Positions 1 through 6,688 of a DNA stretch of 37,613 bases are shown here, piece after piece. How positions within the stretch are numbered: the stretch's first letter is position 1; each line of letters begins with the position of its first letter. A model generated the notes under the pieces. That model saw only the letters and a program-made list of their open reading frames with translations. It ran no database searches and was not told the origin of the DNA. Position numbers and translations under genes: made by a program. Source of the stretch: a virus (lineage: Duplodnaviria > Caudoviricetes); IMG/VR virus record IMGVR_UViG_3300025018_000297, positions 1-37,613 of that record. One strand, written 5' to 3'.

Positions 1-51
1 GTATCACCCAGGGCGAACAGAGGGCCATAGGCTTCTCGGCCATAGGCTTCT
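1..51 (+). repeat. Terminal direct repeat or assembly overlap, left copy
   Basis: gtatcacccagggcgaacagagggccataggcttctcggccataggcttct is identical to 37521-37571. Confidence 0.95.
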
Positions 52-266
52 AGGTCGCTGAAAGATATGCCTAGGTCGAGTGGACCTAGTTGTTCTCGTA
101 CCATGGAGCCGTCCAGCTGCACCCGGTAAGCATCCCAGTCCACCACATCAACTGCCACCAAAGCACCTTTGACATAATGGCCCAGGTAACAAGTGTCGAC
201 CACATACGTGATGCCTTTGACTACTACTTTATATCCCTCGATATATCTTGTTCTGGCTGTGTGCAT
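1..266 (-). CDS. 5' part of a junction-spanning hypothetical protein (MHTARTRYIEGYKVVVKG...; about 105 aa with the short repeat allele)
   Basis: Manual translation: ATG at 266 preceded by aaggcgg, open to base 1, continues in frame at 37520 to TAG ending at 37469; absent from the ORF track because it crosses the window edge. Confidence 0.75.
   Translation of the reverse strand, partial: MHTARTRYIEGYKVVVKGITYVVDTCYLGHYVKGALVAVDVVDWDAYRVQLDGSMVREQLGPLDLGISFSDLEAYGREAYGPLFALGD
23..51 (+). repeat. 15-bp tandem repeat ggccataggcttctc (about 2 copies here)
   Basis: Read directly; encodes EAYGR units in the minus-strand ORF. Confidence 0.9.
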
Positions 267-299
267 TTGTCCGCCTTTATTTATACCCCCTGGATACGT

Positions 300-1050
300 T
301 AGTGTATGCTCTAGGGATTACCTATATTACCACGGTTTATGTGATTAAAAGCCAACAATTTGGTGAAAAGCGCGTGAGAATATCTTTTTTGTCTATTTTT
401 GACCAAAAATGCGTAATTTTGGGATTTTTAGCAGATCTGAAATATTGTTTTGGGCCACGGGAAGAGTGATTTTTGGACATTTCCGGCCGTAAAATAAACC
501 GAATTCGTTTGTTTCGTGTTGAATTGTCGCTGTTGTGCACGAATTGGTAGCGAATTAAAATCGCGTAAGTATTTGAAATTATTCAGGAGTAGCGAAAGGT
601 ACGCATTTTTGGACAAAACCCCAGTTCGCTATAAATATATACGCGTATATCGCCATACTCAGGTTTGCCAATGGAAATCCGCCATTAAAAACATAATATA
701 ATATTATATATATATATTAATATTGAAATCATTTAAGAAATATAAGACATACAAGATATACTAGTAATATTATATAGTTACAAAGTCGCTTATTTTTATA
801 CTGTCGTACATAAAGCATGAAATAGATTTTAGGAATCTGGGTCTCTCTGCCCGTGGGGGAATGGCCCTCTGAGTGTTATAGTGAACTGTATACTGGATCG
901 ATTAGAGATGTGTAGCGAGCGTGTAATAGACGTGTATCGATAGAGGTTTTTGGTCGATACCTGGCGTAATTGGATTGAGAGGGCTTCTTGGCTTAATGGA
1001 TTTTTGGGGCTAGGGGCTTAGGACGGAGTCTTGTGGAAGGCCCCGCAAAC
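300..1050. other. Large non-coding region, candidate replication origin
   Basis: No convincing ORF; very AT-rich core at about 685-800, 14-bp palindrome atatacgcgtatat (637-650), atttttggaca repeated at 469 and 605. Confidence 0.45.
397..618. repeat. 19-bp inverted repeat pair (397-415 and 600-618, 18/19 match)
   Basis: ttttgaccaaaaatgcgta versus the reverse complement of tacgcatttttggacaaaa. Confidence 0.85.
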
Positions 1051-1335
1051 TTATGAGAAGATATCCTCATCTTCGACGATAACTTCCAGGGTAGCTTCCA
1101 GGGTAGCTTCCAGGGTAGCTTCCAGGGTAGCTTCCAGGGTAGCTTCCAGGGTAGCTTCCAGGGATGGTGCTAGAAGTTCGATTTCGTAGCCAAGGGCTTT
1201 GATGGGGGATAGGTCGTTAGTGACTAGCGTCTTTCGGCCTAGCAGCTTACAGAACTGTAGGGCCGTCTCATTAATTGGGTAGAATAGATCTCTGCCGTAT
1301 GTGCTTTTAACTCTTAGTTGTAATTTGTTGTCCAT
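1051..1335 (-). CDS. Hypothetical protein with (LEAT)6 repeat and acidic C-terminus
   Basis: ORF track; RBS cggag upstream; last gene of a leftward cassette. Confidence 0.8.
   Translation of the reverse strand: MDNKLQLRVKSTYGRDLFYPINETALQFCKLLGRKTLVTNDLSPIKALGYEIELLAPSLEATLEATLEATLEATLEATLEATLEVIVEDEDIFS
1083..1163 (+). repeat. Perfect 12-bp tandem repeat cttccagggtag x6.75
   Basis: Read directly; in-frame LEAT units. Confidence 0.95.
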
Positions 1336-1337
1336 AG

Positions 1338-1601
1338 CTACTCCGTTAAGTGCATGTCGCGCCTAGTCACACCATACGCTAGGTTGCTGTAATACTGGTC
1401 AAAGTCCTCACATTTTATGTAGGTCCCAGGTGCCACTTGAATGGCATACATGTTTGGACAGTACACTTGGCTTGAGCTCTCTTTCTTTTTAGCAGGCCCA
1501 ACGCTCATGAATGCAAATACAAAGATGAAAGTTCCGATTAATATAGCAGTTTTCATAACAGAAAGCCTTGGAAAGTCTTTGGGCGTCCGCATTACTGCCA
1601 C
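1338..1601 (-). CDS. Small single-pass membrane protein
   Basis: Hydrophobic segment AILIGTFIFVFAFMSV, two Cys in the C-terminal domain; RBS aaggt; overlaps the upstream gene. Confidence 0.7.
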   Translation of the reverse strand: MAVMRTPKDFPRLSVMKTAILIGTFIFVFAFMSVGPAKKKESSSQVYCPNMYAIQVAPGTYIKCEDFDQYYSNLAYGVTRRDMHLTE

Positions 1602-1987
1602 CTTTGATATACGAATTGGTTAGTGGTTCCGCAGTCTATGCCAAGGCGGTCATCCGTTAGTATACCGATTCGGCACTCTACAACTTGGGGCTGCATGCAT
1701 CCACCATTTAAATTGGCCTGAGATATAGTCAATTCAGTTTCATAGGTAGCTGCGTTTGGAAGTGTAAAGCTTCCGGCGTGGTCGCAGTAGTTTCCAGTGA
1801 AGGTGCAATCATTGTTGATTATTATAGTGTCTGTGGTGGAATTTGAGTTGTACCAAGTACCCAAGTACTCTAGTGTGGAGCACGATCGCTGAGCTGTGGA
1901 AGCGGGCGCAGATCCCGAGCCACTTTGGCCGCAGGCCGTCAAAAATAGTGGGCTTATCATCCAGAAGATTATTAAAACTTGTTTCAT
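1592..1987 (-). CDS. Cys-rich lipoprotein (possible superinfection exclusion)
   Basis: Start re-called at ATG 1987 (RBS gaggga); signal peptide MKQVLIIFWMISPLFLTAC with lipobox LTAC; six further Cys. Confidence 0.8.
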   Translation of the reverse strand: MKQVLIIFWMISPLFLTACGQSGSGSAPASTAQRSCSTLEYLGTWYNSNSTTDTIIINNDCTFTGNYCDHAGSFTLPNAATYETELTISQANLNGGCMQPQVVECRIGILTDDRLGIDCGTTNQFVYQRWQ

Positions 1988-2033
1988 GGTATATTCCCTC
2001 GGTATTCTACTAGTGTAATTATTAGTTAATATA

Positions 2034-2062
2034 ATGATAACACATTGCAACATAAAACACAA
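2034..2062 (-). promoter_or_regulatory. Sigma70-type promoter for the leftward lipoprotein cassette
   Basis: TTGTGT-N17-TATCAT with extended -10 TG on the minus strand. Confidence 0.55.
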
Positions 2063-2152
2063 TTTTCTTGCCTTTTCGTATTATATTGAGCCGGTTTGAC
2101 TGACGGGTGATGATAGTTAGCCTCGGGAGAAGCTGAATTTGAGGGATTTCTA

Positions 2153-2608
2153 GTGCCAAAAACTGCAATGGATTTGTCAGAAGAGCAAAAGGCGAAAGCC
2201 ATAGAACTGGCTGTAGAAGGGGAATCCATAGGAAGTATCATAGAAATGATATGCGTATCTCCCTATAATTTTTGGCGTGCGAGGCAACATGACCCATTGT
2301 TCGCCAAACTTTTCGAACAGGCGCGTCAAGAGGGTTTGGAGCACATAGCGGACAATTTATTAACAGTACACGACGAATATGAAGATGTCCAGCGTGCCAG
2401 GCTGTTTTCGGATAACTCCAAGTGGCTGTTATCAAAGCGAAAACCGCAGATATATGGGGATAGGCTAGATGTCAATATCAGCCAAACAATAGATATTGGA
2501 TCTGCACTTGCCGAAGCGAGAAAGCGTGCGCAACTTCCCGAGAGTCAGATCAAAGATGTAACACCTGACGCGATCGCCATTAGCTCAAATGAAGATGATG
2601 AGCAATAA
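2153..2608 (+). CDS. terS: Terminase small subunit (Sf6/P22-like)
   Basis: N-terminal HTH (GESIGSI...), F..AR.EG helix and KWLLSKRKPQIYGD motif typical of TerS; GTG start with gaggga RBS. Confidence 0.8.
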   Translation: MPKTAMDLSEEQKAKAIELAVEGESIGSIIEMICVSPYNFWRARQHDPLFAKLFEQARQEGLEHIADNLLTVHDEYEDVQRARLFSDNSKWLLSKRKPQIYGDRLDVNISQTIDIGSALAEARKRAQLPESQIKDVTPDAIAISSNEDDEQ

Positions 2609-2610
2609 TC

Positions 2611-2625
2611 AACACATAGCGTTAA
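2611..2625 (+). repeat. Left inverted repeat (IRL) aacacatagcgttaa
   Basis: Perfect reverse complement of 2841-2855. Confidence 0.92.
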
Positions 2626-2831
2626 AGACTTTGGTACTGAACTATATACCACTAAAAGAACGAATGCCCCCAAAATTTTGCCTCGACCCTTTTTGTTTAT
2701 GCCATCTCAATTTAAATTTAGGTAGGGGGGCGTGACCGGGGGGTGGGGTAAAATTTCGCTGGCTTTTCTCTTATAACGGTATGTTGAGCAGCCACTTATA
2801 AAATTTTAAAATTTTTATTTTTTTTAATCTA

Positions 2832-2860
2832 TAGCAATACTTAACGCTATGTGTTATAGT
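2832..2860 (+). promoter_or_regulatory. Sigma70-type promoter of the recombinase, probably giving a leaderless mRNA
   Basis: TAGCAA-N17-TATAGT with extended -10 TG; ATG lies 7 nt after the -10; no SD sequence. Confidence 0.6.
2841..2855 (+). repeat. Right inverted repeat (IRR) ttaacgctatgtgtt
   Basis: Perfect reverse complement of 2611-2625; fills the promoter spacer of the recombinase gene. Confidence 0.92.
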
Positions 2861-2866
2861 ATCTCC

Positions 2867-3388
2867 ATGAGCTACAAACTAACTAAAGAAAAATACCTTA
2901 ACGACGACGAATTAAACCGCTTGGTCCACATACTCACCAAGTTCCAAGAGTCCAATCCCCGCGACACAACTCTTATCTGGCTGGCGCTACATACTGGCGC
3001 CCGAGCTGGAGAAGTACTTGATGTCAGGCTCACGGATTTAGATCTAAGCCAAAAGTCCGTTTACATAAGAGGCACTAAGGGAAGCGACGACAGAGACATC
3101 CCGCTGCCACATTGGTTATTTAAAAAGTTATTAGCACTAATCCCTGGCCATGACGACCGGCTCTTCCCAATAAGCTATATCCGTTTCTCTCAGATATGGG
3201 GTGAATACCGTCCAGTCAAAAAGAAGCTCCACGCTCTCAGGCATACGTTCGCTGTTAATTTGTACAGGAAATCCAAGGACATCCGGCTTTTGCAATTGGC
3301 GCTTGGGCACAGAAATTGGAATAACACTATGATCTATGCTGCGTATCAGTATAAAACGGATGAGCTCAGACGCGTTTTAATGACCTAA
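2867..3388 (+). CDS. Short tyrosine recombinase/integrase (catalytic domain only, 173 aa)
   Basis: Catalytic residues in order: R (TGAR), K (GTKG), HxxR (HALRH), H (LGH), Y (TMIYA); no N-terminal arm- or core-binding domain. Confidence 0.9.
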   Translation: MSYKLTKEKYLNDDELNRLVHILTKFQESNPRDTTLIWLALHTGARAGEVLDVRLTDLDLSQKSVYIRGTKGSDDRDIPLPHWLFKKLLALIPGHDDRLFPISYIRFSQIWGEYRPVKKKLHALRHTFAVNLYRKSKDIRLLQLALGHRNWNNTMIYAAYQYKTDELRRVLMT

Positions 3389-3412
3389 CCACGGAATGCC
3401 GCACTTAGCTAA

Positions 3413-3459
3413 ACACTATATCTAGTGGTCGCACAAGCCGCAGGCGCTATATCTAGTGG
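3413..3459. promoter_or_regulatory. Tandem NrdR-box-like operators (3413-3428 and 3444-3459)
   Basis: acactatatctagtgg and gcgctatatctagtgg match the consensus acaCwAtATaTwGtgt; starts are 31 bp apart. Confidence 0.75.
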
Positions 3460-3502
3460 TTCAGTCACACAAAACATCCCGAATCCAGTGGCCATCCAGT
3501 AT

Positions 3503-3532
3503 TAGTACACTGCGTCATGCGCTCCATATAAT
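3503..3532 (+). promoter_or_regulatory. Putative promoter with perfect -10 inside an inverted repeat
   Basis: TAGTAC-N18-TATAAT; the -10 lies within gtcatgc-N15-gcatgac (3514-3542). Confidence 0.45.
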
Positions 3533-3538
3533 GTTGCA

Positions 3539-3617
3539 TGACACGCAACACATCCTTACCGTAAACCCCGGATGGTGTTTTGAGCGGCTGGGGGTTTAGG
3601 CCCTTGGCCGATTTTTC
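3539..3617 (+). ncRNA. Putative ~80-nt small or attenuated leader RNA
   Basis: Bounded by the predicted promoter and terminator; hairpin aacacatcc/ggatggtgtt followed by the terminator hairpin. Confidence 0.35.
3585..3617 (+). terminator. Intrinsic terminator
   Basis: Stem cggctgggggt-ttag-gcccttggccg (several G-U pairs) followed by attttt. Confidence 0.6.
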
Positions 3618-3631
3618 TTGTGCGGCTAAAA

Positions 3632-3661
3632 TTGTGTAATTACATCGGGAAGTGTTATAAG
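3632..3661 (+). promoter_or_regulatory. Putative sigma70 promoter for the rightward operon
   Basis: TTGTGT-N18-TATAAG with extended -10 TG. Confidence 0.4.
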
Positions 3662-3717
3662 TCTGTGGCTCGGGGTTTATTTAATACCGGATCAACAGCA
3701 ATAGGGGGTCTCACATC

Positions 3718-4125
3718 ATGGCAAAAAAACAGGTAATTGATAAGGCAGTATCCACGTCAAAGACGGAGCTAATGGAGTCTTGTCCAAGGTGCAATGGGAA
3801 AGATTTCTCTGTGGAGATTGACGGGGTGCAGCGAAGGTATTGCAGATCTTGCTCTCATGTCTGGGGTGCGATGTCAAAAGAGCAGCTCGAGATTCAGGCG
3901 ATCAAGGGATTGGTAAGGGATCTTTATGCCCTTAAGGATAAGCTTTCAAAAGAGAATGACTTACTGAGGGACACATTGAAGGCGGCAAAGGTTTATGTCT
4001 TTGACGCCGAGATGGCAAGAACTGGGGTAACGACTTCTAAGATATGCCTAGATATTCAAAACGCACTAGCGGTTTCGGTCATAGTGGATACTGAGGTCAA
4101 ACCATCTGAAGAAATTTTTTCTTAA
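3718..4125 (+). CDS. Zinc-ribbon plus coiled-coil hypothetical protein
   Basis: CPRC...CRSC motif followed by a heptad-rich helix; RBS aggggg. Confidence 0.8.
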   Translation: MAKKQVIDKAVSTSKTELMESCPRCNGKDFSVEIDGVQRRYCRSCSHVWGAMSKEQLEIQAIKGLVRDLYALKDKLSKENDLLRDTLKAAKVYVFDAEMARTGVTTSKICLDIQNALAVSVIVDTEVKPSEEIFS

Positions 4126-4136
4126 GGGCGAGGGGC

Positions 4137-4370
4137 ATGCAGGATCTGACGGATTTAAAAGTGGACTATGCCAGGCCGAACGCGCCCATGGTGGCAAAAG
4201 ATGTGTATGTGGCTTTGCTAGTGGATAGGGCGTCTCTTAATGATTTTTATTCTCAAGATGTAGTAAGTGTTGCCGGGGCAAAGTTGTCGTTGGTTCAAGC
4301 TATGTATTTGAGGGATTGGCTCAATCAAGTGGAAGAGTATTTGATAGGCGTGGAGGTTAGTGGTGGATAG
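4137..4370 (+). CDS. Hypothetical protein
   Basis: ORF with RBS gagggg, tightly packed in the operon. Confidence 0.75.
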   Translation: MQDLTDLKVDYARPNAPMVAKDVYVALLVDRASLNDFYSQDVVSVAGAKLSLVQAMYLRDWLNQVEEYLIGVEVSGG

Positions 4371-4659
4371 CGCAGAGGAAACAATGGGTACAGACGCGGC
4401 CATGAAAGCTGCCATGATGTTTGACCTGAATTATAAGCTGGCGACTACGCCGCTGAGTGATCTTAGGTCTGTCTTACATAAGTTTGTTGAAGATTTTGTT
4501 GGCCAGGCGTTTTTGATTTCGGATTTAAAAATGAAACTGAAAGCGATTGAACATGAACTTGAAGCAATTAAAACAGCGATTCGAGAACAAGCAGCAGTCA
4601 AATCCGAAGGGATCGAAGGCGGTCAATCCAGTCACGGGTCTACCGACACCCATAGTTGA
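4363..4659 (+). CDS. Hypothetical coiled-coil protein
   Basis: GTG start 6 nt after ggagg; overlaps the upstream stop. Confidence 0.7.
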   Translation: MDSAEETMGTDAAMKAAMMFDLNYKLATTPLSDLRSVLHKFVEDFVGQAFLISDLKMKLKAIEHELEAIKTAIREQAAVKSEGIEGGQSSHGSTDTHS

Positions 4660-5653
4660 TGGGCCAAGAGTCCGGGTTAAGAGTCCATTCTTTAGGGACG
4701 GAACCGACACTATGGAGCGCGATCAGCTATTCCTTTTGAACAACGGAGGGATGGGGGATTACATATGCTGGCTTGTGGCGATAGAGTGGATTGCTAAAAA
4801 TTACAATTTTTTAAGAGGCCACGTGATTGTGCCGCAGTGGTTTGTTTCAGTTGCGGCAAATGTGGTTAAGCGATATCCGAAATGGAAAGTTTACCATCAG
4901 ATTCCAAGTCAGTTCTCGGACGGGTATGCAATTAAGCAGGCCCACATCCACCCTGTCAATGCAACGATGATGCACCTAGTGGACCTAGGATTTTTATATT
5001 ATGCGGGCGTTAATCCGCCACCGATTGATTCTATGTTCTATCCGGTGCTTGATCTTAAAGATGTGTGGATGCCTAAAGAAGTTGAGGGCAAGGATTACAT
5101 TGTTATGACGCCAGGGGCGACTAGCCCGTCAAGGACCATGACTGCCAAGGCGTTTAACGGGATCAAAGATTATATTCTTTCTATCGGATACATTCCGGTC
5201 TTTGTTGGGGTCACATCCATGAACAAAGGAAAGCGCAGGATCAATATCAGTGGGGATTATGATTTTAGCGGGGGCATAAGTTTGATTGATCGAACGACCA
5301 CGATGCAAGCGGCGAAGGTGATGTCGGGTGCCAAGTGTGTGGTTGGGATTGATAACGGGCTTCTACATTTAGCTGCGACAACGGACGTCCCGATAGTGTT
5401 TGGGTATACTATAGTTGGCCCGCAGCACCGGCGCCCGTTTAGAAAAAACAACAATCTTGTGGAAGTTTATAACACCAAAGAGGAGCTTGCGTGTACCTTC
5501 TGCCAGGAGAATGTCCGATTTTTTTATGATCATGATTTTGAAAACTGTTTATATCAGGACTTTAAATGTTTAGAGCAGTTATCCGCCGAGGCATTTATAG
5601 AAGGAATTCAAGTGGCTATTAAGCAAGCGGAGACCATACAGGTAGTGACATAA
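4553..5653 (+). CDS. Glycosyltransferase family 9 (heptosyltransferase-like, GT-B fold)
   Basis: GGMGD N-terminal motif, YIVMTPGA, VVGIDNGLLHLAA..DVPIV signature, C-terminal CxxC-x14-C-x6-C; start uncertain (4553 or 4712). Confidence 0.85.
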   Translation: MNLKQLKQRFENKQQSNPKGSKAVNPVTGLPTPIVDGPRVRVKSPFFRDGTDTMERDQLFLLNNGGMGDYICWLVAIEWIAKNYNFLRGHVIVPQWFVSVAANVVKRYPKWKVYHQIPSQFSDGYAIKQAHIHPVNATMMHLVDLGFLYYAGVNPPPIDSMFYPVLDLKDVWMPKEVEGKDYIVMTPGATSPSRTMTAKAFNGIKDYILSIGYIPVFVGVTSMNKGKRRINISGDYDFSGGISLIDRTTTMQAAKVMSGAKCVVGIDNGLLHLAATTDVPIVFGYTIVGPQHRRPFRKNNNLVEVYNTKEELACTFCQENVRFFYDHDFENCLYQDFKCLEQLSAEAFIEGIQVAIKQAETIQVVT

Positions 5654-5702
5654 CTGTTATAAAATTAAATCGACGCAGATTAGTCATATACGGAGAGCCT
5701 TA

Positions 5703-6008
5703 GTGAAAGAAAAAATATACAAACTGGATTTTGAAAATTACATGCATTCAGATGTAGAGCTTGGAATAAAAGCATCTATAACAATGAAACTGTTAACAGC
5801 TTCAAGCGCTTTATATATAGGTAAGCCAGACGGAGAAGACTCGACTGGTAGAGCCAAGTTTAAACAAGCTACTCCAAAAGAAGTTGTGGCCTATGCCGTC
5901 GAAATGACTGAAGAGCTTTGCAGGACATTTGAGGAAAAGGGCTGGTTTTTAGAAAATCCTTTGCCAACTAAAGTGAAAAAGCACGTCGATTATAGGCACG
6001 ATTATTAA
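5703..6008 (+). CDS. Hypothetical protein
   Basis: GTG start with ggag RBS. Confidence 0.75.
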   Translation: MKEKIYKLDFENYMHSDVELGIKASITMKLLTASSALYIGKPDGEDSTGRAKFKQATPKEVVAYAVEMTEELCRTFEEKGWFLENPLPTKVKKHVDYRHDY

Positions 6009-6038
6009 TCAGAAGGATGTTAATTAAGAGGTATTTAA

Positions 6039-6152
6039 ATGGCAACACTTAAAGAATTAATCGATAAGCATGGGTTTGGCTAAATAATTGAAAGCTATTT
6101 TGATGAGAACTACATTCTAAAAACTCCTTGGCGTTTTATTGGGTATTTATAA
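6039..6152 (+). pseudogene. Mini-ORF MATLKELIDKHGFG* with a 22-codon in-frame continuation (gene remnant or small peptide)
   Basis: RBS gagg, ATG 6039, TAA 6081-6083, frame stays open to TAA 6150-6152. Confidence 0.3.
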
Positions 6153-6275
6153 ATGAATAGAATGCTGACCTTTGTGATGTTAATTATTTTCGCGCCTTTT
6201 ATTATGATTTTTATAATTGCGGAAGTGTTGTATATGTTCTTTCCGGAAGCGGTATATTTCTTTGGGAAAAAATAA
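6153..6275 (+). CDS. 40-aa hydrophobic membrane peptide
   Basis: Manual translation MNRMLTFVMLIIFAPFIMIFIIAEVLYMFFPEAVYFFGKK; TAAATG junctions on both sides. Confidence 0.6.
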   Translation: MNRMLTFVMLIIFAPFIMIFIIAEVLYMFFPEAVYFFGKK

Positions 6276-6473
6276 ATGCACCCACACTTTTTGAAAAAAT
6301 TAGAACCTGCGAAATACGCATATGAGTGCCCAAAATGTGGTGCTAAACGAGGCGAGGCAACCGCTCCAAATGCATGGACTTATGTGGTTAGTTACTATTG
6401 CGGGCGTGAACTTATTATAATTCAAACGGGAATGGAGTTTAAATCGAAATGGACGGGGGAGTGCAAGAAATGA
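6276..6473 (+). CDS. Small Cys-rich (zinc-finger-like) protein
   Basis: CPKC plus two further Cys; coupled to its neighbours. Confidence 0.7.
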   Translation: MHPHFLKKLEPAKYAYECPKCGAKRGEATAPNAWTYVVSYYCGRELIIIQTGMEFKSKWTGECKK

Positions 6474-6688
6474 CGGAGCTTAAAGATAAGTTTGAGATAG
6501 CTAAAATGTTTTTAGAAGCAAAGACGGCGTTTCTTGCTAAGGATGCAAAGGCGCTAGTGTTCGCTACCGATAACCTTTTAAAGAAGCTAGAAGAGAACAC
6601 CACGGATATACCGCAAAAGGATGTCGACAAAATCATGTATTACAAGATGAAAGCTAGAGATTTTGAAAGAGAATCGGCGAGCTTATGA
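6470..6688 (+). CDS. Hypothetical protein
   Basis: ATGA overlaps with the upstream and downstream genes. Confidence 0.7.
   Translation: MTELKDKFEIAKMFLEAKTAFLAKDAKALVFATDNLLKKLEENTTDIPQKDVDKIMYYKMKARDFERESASL

Noticed and set aside
90-701. Short ORFs called by the track in the left non-coding region
   Set aside because: No RBS, atypical composition, and they overlap the better-supported minus-strand junction gene or repeat-rich DNA.
1024-1045. Terminator for the leftward cassette
   Set aside because: An imperfect hairpin is present but has no U-tract on the minus strand.
1083-1163. CRISPR array (also considered for 36869-36918 and 37543-37613)
   Set aside because: The repeats are contiguous with no spacers.
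3512-3539. dif-like Xer site
   Set aside because: taatgttgcat matches the XerD arm at 8/11, but the XerC arm does not match; a promoter inside an inverted repeat explains it better.
6039-6473. Stop-codon reassignment or readthrough
   Set aside because: TAA, TAG and TGA all terminate confident genes elsewhere, and long genes are intact in the standard code.
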